Source: a virus
DNA: 64,000 nt
Virus record (IMG/VR): IMGVR_UViG_3300029957_000006
Span: 60,455-124,454 of that record
Strand: one strand, 5' to 3'
Positions 30,840-40,620 of this stretch are shown piece by piece. Within the stretch, counting starts at the first letter, position 1. Every line of letters starts with the position of its first letter. The translations under genes were made by a program, and so were the position numbers. Under the pieces are notes generated by a model. That model did no database searches, was not told the DNA's origin, and saw only the letters and a list, made by a program, of their open reading frames with translations.

Positions 30840-31250
30840 TGTTTTTAGTCTTGTGGGTTTCCCCTTGTCTTAATAAATATGTCGTTTCTTTTAAATGTTA
30901 CACAAAGGTACTAACTATTTTATTAAAAAGCAAGTCTTTTGGCAATTTTTTTTTAGTTAGAAGAATAAGTCTTGATCAAAGAAGTAAATTCTGTGTAAGT
31001 TTCTCTACTAACATTTTTGTTTTTGTAGTTAGCTTTAACTCTTGCTTTGATGTCAGAAACATAATTTCTTCCGAAGTTAGCTTTTCTTGAAGCTTCTGAT
31101 AATGAGATTTTTTGTTTAATGGCAGTCTTGATGATTTTGATACCATTTTTAACACTGGTTTCTGTTTTGGTGTTTGTCATAAATTTTGGTTTTTGTTTTT
31201 TGTTATATTGCAAATATACTAAATTATTTTATATCTAGCAAGCTTTTTAT

Positions 31251-32132
31251 TTAATTAGTCTTAACATAGAGTCTCAGCTTATCTTGATTCAAGAGTCCTT
31301 TCATACCATATCCTTCATCATAAGAAGCAAAGATATCTGAAAAATTATCAGCTGAGAATTTTCTAAACCATCCACCAGTTAAATTTGTTGAGACTCTTAC
31401 CAACGCATACTTGAAAGCATCTTTATGTGTAAAGGCTGGAATATTTGACTCTCCTTTAATAAGAGGATAAAGACATCTTTCCAAAGCAATTACATAACAC
31501 TCTTCAAGAACTTGTTTAATCTTGTCCTCATGAGATAGAGATTCAAAAAGAGACTTATGACATTCAACTGTTTCGTCAATCTTTGTTCTCAAATACATTG
31601 GTTTATCATAATGAGCCATTATCTCATGAATTGAGTCATGTTCATAATAATATTTAACCTTATCAGTGAAAAATACCGTACTATCTTTACCTTTTAATTT
31701 AGGTAAATGAAGTCGTTTAAGTTCAGCTTCGTTAAAGGATAGAATAAATTCTTCTCCCCAACTTTTTGATAGCTCAGTAAGTTCTGGTGTTAATTTAGTG
31801 ATCTTAAGTAGCTCTGAATAATCCATCAAGTGTTTAAATGATTTTCTAAACTTGCCTCGATAAATATACTTGTGACTATTCTTGATACTTAAAACAACAT
31901 CTAATGGTGCAACTACCTCAGAGGTAGTTGCATTACAATAGTTTAAATAACGTTCTCCAGTTGAATTGGGATGAGCGACAAATATATCAGTTCTTTTTCC
32001 ATCTTTTATAACTGAATAAAATCTATCAGTTGCCTCAACACCTGTTAATTTAGATGTTTCAAATGGAGTAGCGATGACATCTAAGTCTTCTGGCTCTCTT
32101 AACTTACTTGCTGTTGATCCTATTATTAGCAA
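31251..32132 (-). CDS. Phage hypothetical protein, nucleotidyltransferase-like N-terminus
   Basis: IIGS...DLDVI; HDSIHE motif. Confidence 0.45.
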   Translation of the reverse strand: MLIIGSTASKLREPEDLDVIATPFETSKLTGVEATDRFYSVIKDGKRTDIFVAHPNSTGERYLNYCNATTSEVVAPLDVVLSIKNSHKYIYRGKFRKSFKHLMDYSELLKITKLTPELTELSKSWGEEFILSFNEAELKRLHLPKLKGKDSTVFFTDKVKYYYEHDSIHEIMAHYDKPMYLRTKIDETVECHKSLFESLSHEDKIKQVLEECYVIALERCLYPLIKGESNIPAFTHKDAFKYALVRVSTNLTGGWFRKFSADNFSDIFASYDEGYGMKGLLNQDKLRLYVKTN

Positions 32133-32421
32133 TTTGAGTTTTCGTCAAAGTTAGCATATTCATCAGTCATTGCTTCGATGATACAAACTGATGCTTTTGT
32201 ATTCAAGTTTTCGAATTCACCATTAAGTGATTCAATTGCATTTTCTCCAGCACGTGCTGTCAATTCGCCATCTTGTACTTTTACAAGGATTTCATTTAAG
32301 CGAACATAGTATTTCTTTTGTTCTGCTTTCTTTTCTTCTGCTGTCATTTTCATTTTTGTGAATTTTAAGTGTTAATTTTTATTTTTACAAAACTACACCT
32401 AATTTTTGAAACCTACAAGTT

Positions 32422-32739
32422 TTATTTTTGATTATTTCTAAAATGTTCTTTAAGTTTCTTTTGTCCAAGTAATTCCAACAACACATCACCATGACAGGGT
32501 TCTGGTTTACAAAAACAACCAAGTACCTTTCCTTCAAGCTCATCTAATGCTTCCATTAATTCTGGACTAGCAAGGATGTGTTCTTTATACTTAGCAAGAG
32601 CTTCTTCTTTTGATCCAACTACTTCTTTAGCTAGTGTTGGCCGATCTTTAATTATTGTAAAAGGACAACCCCATTTACTACCTCTGCCAATATACACATC
32701 ATATGGATCATGTTTAAGATTTACCAGTTTAGTTACCAT
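32422..32739 (-). CDS. DUF4326 protein
   Basis: DVYIGRGSKWG.PF...LGCFCKP.PCHGDVL. Confidence 0.8.
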   Translation of the reverse strand: MVTKLVNLKHDPYDVYIGRGSKWGCPFTIIKDRPTLAKEVVGSKEEALAKYKEHILASPELMEALDELEGKVLGCFCKPEPCHGDVLLELLGQKKLKEHFRNNQK

Positions 32740-33509
32740 ACTTCAATTTCCAATATCCTTGTTTATTTAATCTGAAAAATGTTACATATTCCTTAGGTAC
32801 ATCAATGAATTCTTCTTTATAAATATCAGCATCATATAATTCAAATGCTTCAGTGCAATACACACTAACTGGTTTATCTGTAAATTTACTGATATCAGAC
32901 ATCTTAATCAAACCAACTTCAGTATAGTCAAGACCCCAAACGAAATAATAATCACATTGTGAATTCCTTTTCCTTATTGGAATATGAACAGTTGAGTAGA
33001 TATCTCGAATTTTTTTAAAATTACCCCGATATTCATTTTCAACACTTATTACTTCACCTTTATCATTCTTGAATATTAAATCATATTTTTTGAAGTGTTC
33101 TTTTTCAACATCACCTATTAATTCGTAGCCTCTATTTTTCATAAGTGATATAGCAGCTTTTTTTGCACTCATATCACACTGTCTATATATATGAATATCA
33201 AATTCTCTTTTTGCTTCACTCATATCAATTAAAAACGAATAATTTCTTTATCATATTAATTAACAGTAATGGTTATTCCTAATGACATACCTAACCATAG
33301 AAGACTTAAATTATATGACATTGGTCCAAAATGTCTAAATTCTTTTTTATGACCAAATCTACTAGGTATTAATGTTGGTATAAGTGCTAGTTCACTATTA
33401 TATTTAGTAAAAGATACTGAATATTTTTTTGTTAATGTTAATGTTGTTCTCATATTACAAATATACATAAAAAAAGCCGAACAATCAAGTTCAGCTTTTA
33501 GATAAAAAT

Positions 33510-33947
33510 TTAGGTAGTTTTCTTCTTTCTGAAAGTTGGAGTTTGGCTATGACAATTAGGGCAAAGAATTCTAAGGTTTTCTAATCTATTGTCATTACTA
33601 TCACCATTGATATGATCCAATTCAAGTGTCATTGGTTTACCATTCCACTCACCAGTATTACCACAACTTAAACATTTATTCTCTAATAATCCAGTAAATA
33701 TTAATCGTCTTTTTAGATGAGGTGAATCAAATGTTACTTTATTAGCTAAGATATCCTCCATCTTAACCTTACTCTTAAGTATTCCCTTACCAGACATATT
33801 CCCAACATAAATAATATCCATTTTTTTTAAGTAGATATTAAGTGTATCTTGTTTACATCCAAGTTCTTTTGATATGAAAGATTTAGGTTTATTTTCTGAA
33901 ATCCAAATTAAAATTTCGTCTTTTCGTTTAATTATATCTTTTCTCAT
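33510..33947 (-). CDS. HNH endonuclease
   Basis: LELDHINGDSNDNRLENLRILCPNCHSQT. Confidence 0.85.
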   Translation of the reverse strand: MRKDIIKRKDEILIWISENKPKSFISKELGCKQDTLNIYLKKMDIIYVGNMSGKGILKSKVKMEDILANKVTFDSPHLKRRLIFTGLLENKCLSCGNTGEWNGKPMTLELDHINGDSNDNRLENLRILCPNCHSQTPTFRKKKTT

Positions 33948-34003
33948 ATATTAAATATATGGTAGACATGTGAAAAGTACACAATACGTGTTAAAACATT
34001 TTG

Positions 34004-34077
34004 TAGCCCTCGTGAGATTCGAACTCACACTGGATGGCTTCTTAGACCATTGCCTCTACCAATTGGGCTAGAGGGCC
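34004..34077 (-). tRNA. tRNA-Leu(AAG), short variable arm
   Basis: atggt-ctAAGaa-gccat. Confidence 0.75.
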
Positions 34078-34164
34078 AAGTTCAAGATGGTTGTATGGAA
34101 TTGAACCACTGATTTATTTTTGAGATAAATTTTTAACCTGTTACTTTGCTGTAACCATCTTTTG

Positions 34165-34246
34165 TGAGAGTGGTGGGACTCGAACCCACAAGCCTTTCGG
34201 CCTCCGTTTCTAAGACGGAGCTGTATGCCAATTCCAGCACACTCCC
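34165..34246 (-). tRNA. tRNA-Leu(TAG)
   Basis: tccgt-ctTAGaa-acgga; long variable arm. Confidence 0.9.
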
Positions 34247-34403
34247 ATAAATACTAATAGCTGAATGTATCCCAGTTTACCATTGACTTACTTTGACCAA
34301 TCCCAATCTTAGTTGTTGTTGGTTTTAAGAGCTTGGACTTATTTCATTGCCAAGATAAACACGCAAATATTTCAATTTACGTAGTAAGCACTATTAATAT
34401 TTG

Positions 34404-34485
34404 TAGCCTAGAACGGACTCGAACCGTTACGTCTTGCGACACCAGATTTTGAGTCTGGCGTGTCTACCAATTTCACCACAAGGCC
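34404..34485 (-). tRNA. tRNA-Leu(CAA)
   Basis: ccaga-ctCAAaa-tctgg. Confidence 0.9.
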
Positions 34486-34500
34486 ATTGTGATCATGTTG

Positions 34501-34576
34501 TAGCCCAAGTGGGATTCGAACCCACAGTTGTACAGATTTTAAGTCTGTTGTGTCTAACCAGTTGCACCACTGGGCC
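34501..34576 (-). tRNA. tRNA-Leu(TAA), short variable arm
   Basis: acaga-ctTAAaa-tctgt. Confidence 0.8.
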
Positions 34577-34582
34577 ATCTAG

Positions 34583-34664
34583 TAGGGAAAAACGGACTCG
34601 AACCGTTACGCCTTACGGCAAGGGATTTTAAGTCCCTCGTGTCTACCAATTTCACCATATCCCC
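34583..34664 (-). tRNA. tRNA-Leu(TAA)
   Basis: aggga-ctTAAaa-tccct. Confidence 0.88.
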
Positions 34665-34680
34665 ATAAGAACATATGTTC

Positions 34681-34857
34681 TTATTCATTTTCTTTCCATT
34701 GAGAATTTCGATATCCTTTCCAAGAGAGGCTGTGATTATCTCTATTTCTATTACAACCTCTGTTAGGTGGACAAATCGGGCAACCCATGTTTTGTCTTAA
34801 AGCCTTGTTATACACTTGGCTATTCATTGTGTGTTTCAGTGTCTTTTTTTCTCTCAT
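34681..34857 (-). CDS. Small Cys-containing basic protein (58 aa)
   Basis: MREKKTLKH...MGCPICPPNRGCN...SWKGYRNSQWKENE. Confidence 0.5.
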   Translation of the reverse strand: MREKKTLKHTMNSQVYNKALRQNMGCPICPPNRGCNRNRDNHSLSWKGYRNSQWKENE

Positions 34858-35190
34858 GTTTCACTGTGCTTTATTATGCACTAGGTGAAACCATCCGCTT
34901 TTAAATTCATCATTATACTTTTTCTTCTTTAATGGTTGATGACTTGCAACATTCAAATAATTTAGCTAATTCTGGTTTAATTTTACCTTTCAATCCATTT
35001 AAAAGACCAGAATCTTCCCAAGCTTTTGTGACTTTTTTGATCTTATCTTCTTCTATTTTTTTCTTAAGATCACTTAAACAAGCTGAGTGAGCAAAGTGTG
35101 TTTTATCAACAACAATTGCCATGCAACTAATTGGTTTTTCGCAGTATGAGCATGTAAAGTAAATCATGTTATTTTGTATTAAATTTTTAG

Positions 35191-35261
35191 TAGCCCCTGA
35201 CGGAATCGAACCATCTACGCTTGCATGTAAGGCAAGTACACATCCATTGTGAATAAGGGCC
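35191..35261 (-). tRNA. tRNA-Val(TAC)
   Basis: cttgc-ctTACat-gcaag. Confidence 0.8.
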
Positions 35262-35266
35262 ATTTG

Positions 35267-35339
35267 TTGGACTTGAGAATTTTGAAATCTCGACTTCTAC
35301 CATGTCATAGTAGCACTCTAGCCTCTGAGTTAAAGTCCA
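35267..35339 (-). tRNA. tRNA-Val(GAC)
   Basis: ctact-atGACat-ggtag. Confidence 0.75.
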
Positions 35340-35351
35340 ATTTTTGAGTAG

Positions 35352-35479
35352 AGCAAAAGGTAGGGATCGAACCTACATTACAGTCAACCAGACATCCTGA
35401 TGAGAACCATCAGGTAGAGGATTGATGACTATTCCTCCGTTTAAAAAGCTAGCGTGTATACCACTTTCACCACCTCTGC
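35352..35479 (-). ncRNA. tRNA-like RNA with large structured central insertion
   Basis: Acceptor GCAGAGG/CTTTTGC, Leu-type D-arm, T-arm GTAGGTTCGATCCCTAC; centre contains cctgatg/catcagg hairpin. Confidence 0.55.
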
Positions 35480-35503
35480 ACTACTCAATATTTTAAAGAA
35501 CTG

Positions 35504-35578
35504 TGGGAATGACAGGGTTCGAACCTGTGACCCTCTGCTTGTAAGGCAGATGCTCTGAACCAGCTGAGCTACACTCCC
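35504..35578 (-). tRNA. tRNA-Val(TAC)
   Basis: tctgc-ctTACaa-gcaga. Confidence 0.92.
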
Positions 35579-36437
35579 ATGATAGGATTAACCTACCTTT
35601 ATAAATTCACCAGCATCAATCGCTTTTTGAATCCATCTGATTAATTCTGATCCTTTTACTTCGGCACCAAATGGTGTTGATCCTAAATCAGAAGAAAGCT
35701 TATCGAATTTAATTTCTTCAAAATCATCCATTCCATCAACAGGTTCTTTTATTTTTGTAACTAATTTTCCTTCAAATTTATAATGAAAATTAGTAGCATC
35801 ATAAATACCAGATGTTACAACATCATCCAATTTAACTTTATCAAGTGTTGAAATAGGGAACTGAAATTTACCTTCATTAATTTCAACAGTATAATATAAA
35901 TTACCAGATTGGTAATGGCTAAATACTGCAAAGTTTTTTGACTTGTATAAGTCTTTTTTTATTTCATTCTTGTCAACCATCTTAAACAATTTTTTCTTTT
36001 GTATATTTTTTTTGCTCTGATTTTTATTTCTTTTTCTTTTAAAGCATTTTCAAATAATATTGCTTCAATTTCTTTTTTCACTTGATTAGGCATATCCGTT
36101 TTCTCGTTTCCATTTTTCATGCATTTGATGAATGGTATCACCCACACTTGCACCTTGTCCTTCGACTATATTATCAAATCCATTTTCTTTTGTGATCATG
36201 GATTCTTCTGCTTTGATGGCACCTTTGAATTTCATTCCATAAGCACCTTCCATTTGTTTGGTTGCTGGATTTACATCACCCCAACCAACTCTCCAATTTC
36301 TTGGTTCAATATATTCAACGAAATATCTTTTACCAGTTTCTGGATAAAAATAAATCTCTCGTCCTGTTTCATCCCTATCAATAAGGAAATCTTTTTTAAT
36401 GTCTGTCATAAAACTATTTTTACTCTTTGTTATTTTG

Positions 36438-36508
36438 AGTTCCCAACTGGATTCGAACCAATGTAGGAGGATTTGCAATCCTCAGCCTAGCCACTCGACC
36501 ATGGAAAC
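36438..36508 (-). tRNA. tRNA-Cys(GCA)
   Basis: gagga-ttGCAaa-tcctc. Confidence 0.88.
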
Positions 36509-36524
36509 TTATTTTCATTACTTG

Positions 36525-36599
36525 AGCACATGATAGGATTCGAACCTATGGTTGTACAGTTTTGCAGACTGCTGCTTTGGACCACTCAGCCACATGTGC
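36525..36599 (-). tRNA. tRNA-Cys(GCA)
   Basis: gcagt-ctGCAaa-actgt. Confidence 0.88.
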
Positions 36600-36602
36600 A
36601 TT

Positions 36603-36633
36603 AAAAAAGCCCACCTTGTTGGAGATGGGCTTT
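36603..36633 (-). terminator. Attenuator terminator of the Cys/Val/Leu tRNA operon
   Basis: aaagcccatct-ccaaca-aggtgggcttt followed by U-run, immediately before tRNA-Cys. Confidence 0.8.
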
Positions 36634-36652
36634 CATGTTTAAGTATCATAAC

Positions 36653-36727
36653 TTAACAAGCATAGCCCATCCTGTCTAGCACTAGACATAACAATAAAAG
36701 GACTGATGTGTTGTTAATGTTTTTCAT
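36653..36727 (-). promoter_or_regulatory. Leader peptide MKNINNTSVLLLLCLVLDRMGYAC
   Basis: 24-codon ORF between promoter (36772) and terminator; V/L/C run. Confidence 0.82.
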
Positions 36728-36843
36728 TTTGTTTTTCTTATCGAATTTCTTCGTTGTTTAATAAATATAAGCAAAGGTACTAAAAGTTTTGGTAATTGTC
36801 AAGTTTTTTGTTGTTTATTTTGATATTTATGATAAAATAAGTC

Positions 36844-37413
36844 ATGATCAAAGAACTTCTTAGGAAATATTTATTGGAATATGCTATTACTGAGGCTGAA
36901 CCCACTGGTCATTTTGGTGATAGAGTTAACGAAGTTATTAACAATATAGTGTCAATTCAAATTCCTCCTACTGCTTATTTACCCAATATTCCTAAAGAAA
37001 AACAAGACGCTTGGATTATAAGTCAGATACAAACACAACTTAGAAATAAAATTAATGCTGTAAAAGAAAAACAATACCCAGAAGGTAATTCTGGAATTTG
37101 TGTCTTGGTTCCTTTAGGTCTTATAAAAATACAACCAATGAATGGTGTTGCATCAAATATTATAGTAACAGCAAAAAGAACAGAAGGATTAATGAGTGGA
37201 TTTAATTATTATATAGCAATTTATGATAATCGTATGCCATCTATCGTATTAGCTGACCCTAAGAATCCAAATAATTCATCGCCTGGTAATCAATTGTTAG
37301 CTCATATGAATAACAATATTAAAAGAGGGGATAATGTTAATAAAGCTAAATCTTTCGTTGATAAAAGCTTTATGAATAATATTGTTGTTAATATGAGAGA
37401 CTTTAAAGCTTAA
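36844..37413 (+). CDS. Hypothetical protein, putative late/virion class
   Basis: GATATTTAT upstream; N-terminus ...YLLE. Confidence 0.5.
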   Translation: MIKELLRKYLLEYAITEAEPTGHFGDRVNEVINNIVSIQIPPTAYLPNIPKEKQDAWIISQIQTQLRNKINAVKEKQYPEGNSGICVLVPLGLIKIQPMNGVASNIIVTAKRTEGLMSGFNYYIAIYDNRMPSIVLADPKNPNNSSPGNQLLAHMNNNIKRGDNVNKAKSFVDKSFMNNIVVNMRDFKA

Positions 37414-37781
37414 TACTTATAAGCCCAATCATCATTCCAATAATCATCATTCCCAACAAATTCAATATAAACACGTATATTATTCTTATGCTTCTTAACA
37501 GTAAATTGTTTAACTTCTCCTGTGTTAGCTTTTACGATTTGTTCAGCTTCATCAAGATTAAGTGTAGTTAAATTTCCATTATAAAACGTGATAATGGCAT
37601 CAACTGGCTCATTTGTCTTGTTATTGATAATACTATTAACCTTAAACGAGCTAACACCATATTTAGCTACCAAAGCTAAAAAAAGACCAGTTAAATTTAC
37701 GTTTTTCATAGTATTATTTTTGATTACGAAGCAAAGGTAGGTAAATATTTCAATATTTCCAAATATTTATATGTGAATCTT

Positions 37782-38540
37782 ATGAAAATTCTAGAAATCT
37801 ATAAAAATCTACTAATTGAAGCTGAAGTCGAAGCTTGTGTCAAAAAATTTGGTCATGAACTATTCGGACATGAATTAGGTGGAACTGAGGCTAATACAGG
37901 TATTGAAAATTCATATGTTAGGGATATTTCAGACTTTACAGATAATAAATATGGTGAAGAGATAACACCAGAATTTGTACGTGCTGTTAGAACACTAAGT
38001 AGTTGTATGAAACAATATCCAGAAGTGCTTATTCCAGAAAAAACAAAGGTTTATAGAGGTTTAACCATTCCAGTTAAATATTTCATAGAAAAAGGTCAAC
38101 CAATTGACATTAAAACTCCATTTCCATACACTTATAAAGCAAAAAATCAAATTCAAAGCTGGACCAATGATTTTGATGCTGCATCTACATTTGGCAATCA
38201 TGACACCTTGAATGAAGTTGCTAGGAATATCAATTTTAATGATTATAATTCACCACAAGCAAGAAAAGAGTTATTACATGATATGATTAATGAAGAATTA
38301 AGAATGGCTTTTGTTTTAGAATATACAACCAATTCAAAAGAATTTATCTTCAAATCTAAATATTTTAAAATGTTATCAATGGCCCATCATGAAAATGAAC
38401 TTATTAGAATAGATAATAAACCAATCAAGGTAATTGCTAAGTTCAATGATCATTCTGATGTATTTTTAACTGGTAAGGGTCTCACTTTACTTAAGTATAT
38501 CAATCAAGCAATACTAGAATCAAAAAGCTTGACTAAATAA
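37782..38540 (+). CDS. Putative ADP-ribosyltransferase-fold protein
   Basis: VYRG, QSWT...A..F and ENE resemble the R-S-E ART motifs. Confidence 0.55.
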   Translation: MKILEIYKNLLIEAEVEACVKKFGHELFGHELGGTEANTGIENSYVRDISDFTDNKYGEEITPEFVRAVRTLSSCMKQYPEVLIPEKTKVYRGLTIPVKYFIEKGQPIDIKTPFPYTYKAKNQIQSWTNDFDAASTFGNHDTLNEVARNINFNDYNSPQARKELLHDMINEELRMAFVLEYTTNSKEFIFKSKYFKMLSMAHHENELIRIDNKPIKVIAKFNDHSDVFLTGKGLTLLKYINQAILESKSLTK

Positions 38541-38566
38541 TAATTTTTCATTATTATTGTAAAATT

Positions 38567-38890
38567 ATGGGATATGTATATCTATTTCTGGAAGTTGATG
38601 CAATAGGTAAGGAAACTTACAAGATTGGTATTACCAAAAATAATCCAAATAAACGCATCAAACAATTACAAACAGGTAATCCTAGAAAGATAAGTCTTAT
38701 TAAATATTATCAATCAGAAAATTATTTGAAAGTGGAAAGATGGTTGCATAAAAAATACTTAATAAAAACAGAAGCTGAAAATGAATGGCGTAATCCAAGT
38801 GATGAAGAAATAATTTCATTTAATGAAGATTGCAAAAAAGCTGATGAAATTATAACTATGATGTTAAAGGAAAACCCCTTTTATAAATAA
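38567..38890 (+). CDS. GIY-YIG (T5orf172-like) nuclease
   Basis: GYVY...YKIGIT...RIKQLQTGNP...EW. Confidence 0.75.
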   Translation: MGYVYLFLEVDAIGKETYKIGITKNNPNKRIKQLQTGNPRKISLIKYYQSENYLKVERWLHKKYLIKTEAENEWRNPSDEEIISFNEDCKKADEIITMMLKENPFYK

Positions 38891-39080
38891 TTAAGCTGAA
38901 CCATAACGGTATGATGCCCAACAATCATGTTCATCATTCCAGAAAAAACCTAAGGTATCTAATTCATCTTTATCTTCTTGTGATACTTGATCTTGAGTAA
39001 CTCCCATGATCATTAGAACATCATGTTCACAATGTGTTGGAGAATTGCAATCATTATATTTTAAAAATATTATCAGTGCT

Positions 39081-39602
39081 TTAATAAGATTTTTCATATT
39101 CTTTAGTTGTTAATTCATAATACATTTTCAAGAATTTTCTTTTGGCTTTTTTCTGAGACCAACATTTGAATTTTTTATTATTATTGTTGACAAGATTCTC
39201 CCATTCCAAATGAATCATTATCTTGTCAATTTTTTTAACTTCTTTATCAAAAGGATATTGAATTTTGAATTTGCTTGCAATAGCAAGCATTAATACTCGT
39301 TCAAACTCCTTGTACTCTGGCATTCTAGCCTTAATTGGACTAGGCATATCCAAAATAAAAGCTTCAGTGCTATCATGTAAAAGAGTTGCCAATTTATTTT
39401 TCTTTTTAGCCATTCTAGCAGCTAATACACTATGTTGTGCAACTGAATAATGTCTATTTAGATGACCAGCAAATCTAGGCTGTGCAGCTAAAGAATGTGC
39501 AATATCTTCAATACAAAACATTTCAGGTGTTGGATTAAAAATATTCATGAAAATACCAGAATTAGTTCTGATACAATCTTTAGGTAAATCTTCTAGGTTC
39601 AT
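39081..39602 (-). CDS. HD-domain 5'-deoxynucleotidase-like protein
   Basis: DIAHSL..RFAGH..YSVAQHS..LLHD..EA. Confidence 0.8.
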   Translation of the reverse strand: MNLEDLPKDCIRTNSGIFMNIFNPTPEMFCIEDIAHSLAAQPRFAGHLNRHYSVAQHSVLAARMAKKKNKLATLLHDSTEAFILDMPSPIKARMPEYKEFERVLMLAIASKFKIQYPFDKEVKKIDKIMIHLEWENLVNNNNKKFKCWSQKKAKRKFLKMYYELTTKEYEKSY

Positions 39603-39606
39603 GTTT

Positions 39607-40620
39607 TTAAGGTTTTAAATATAACTCAAAATCTTTATATATGTCTTCAATACTATGATTTATAATATAATCATCATAAGTTTCATCTTTAAAAATACTA
39701 TCAATTGTTTTTTTGAACCCAGACATTGCATCACCAAGTTCTTTACCTTTTAGATCATATTTACGCATTACATCACCACCATTGAACTTAGCTTTTATAT
39801 ACAACTTCTTACACTCTTCATATTCAAGTCGTCTAATTTCAGTCATTACTCTTGCTTCTGGAAAATGTTCATCAATAACATCAATATAAGCATCTTTGTT
39901 ATCCAAATAAGTATCCTTAAAAATATATTTATGATCATCATCTGCAACGTTATGATCCATCCATTCAAGAAATGACATATATGATTTTCGTTTCAAATTT
40001 CTATCTCTATTGATCTTGTTCAATTTATCCAATTGAAACATTTCCCAATTGAAATAAGGACTCGTTGCTATATATACAAATATATCTTCCAATTCATCAA
40101 AACCAGCTTCCCATCTTTCATAAGATAATCCAAGAAATTTAAAAATTTCTTTATAATTCTTTGATATTGGAATACGACCAATATTCATACCCTTATAATA
40201 GTGTTCATACCAAAGACCTTCTTGACCATATTTTAACCCAAAACCTTGTGCTATTCTGCCAATAAAGTTTCCAAGATCATTATATGATAAATACATTTCA
40301 TTGGAATCGAAGTGTTCTTGTGCAAGTGTTATAAGATCAATTTGCAATTCCTTATAATCAAAAGAATAACAATTCCCATTGTGAAAAATTTCGATTGGAT
40401 TGAAGGTTTCAACTATATAATCTCTAACATTACGATCAAAACCTTCCATTGATACAATTAAATCAGCATCACCAAATGATTTCTTATTGCTATAAAATAA
40501 TGGCATTGCAACACGCTTAAAGTCTTTCCTTAATGTATCAATAAGTTCCTTGCTGATAATATCAAATTCAGCTCGTTCATATCTACGTGTATGTGCTTTT
40601 TTAAGTGCTAATCCACCCAT
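39607..40620 (-). CDS. Pol-beta-like nucleotidyltransferase-fold phage protein
   Basis: K.SFGDADL, QIDLI motifs. Confidence 0.5.
   Translation of the reverse strand: MGGLALKKAHTRRYERAEFDIISKELIDTLRKDFKRVAMPLFYSNKKSFGDADLIVSMEGFDRNVRDYIVETFNPIEIFHNGNCYSFDYKELQIDLITLAQEHFDSNEMYLSYNDLGNFIGRIAQGFGLKYGQEGLWYEHYYKGMNIGRIPISKNYKEIFKFLGLSYERWEAGFDELEDIFVYIATSPYFNWEMFQLDKLNKINRDRNLKRKSYMSFLEWMDHNVADDDHKYIFKDTYLDNKDAYIDVIDEHFPEARVMTEIRRLEYEECKKLYIKAKFNGGDVMRKYDLKGKELGDAMSGFKKTIDSIFKDETYDDYIINHSIEDIYKDFELYLKP

Noticed and set aside
34083-34161. Possible tRNA-Leu(CAA) remnant
   Set aside because: Paired ends and a CTCAAAA loop are present, but D and T arms are degenerate; not called a tRNA
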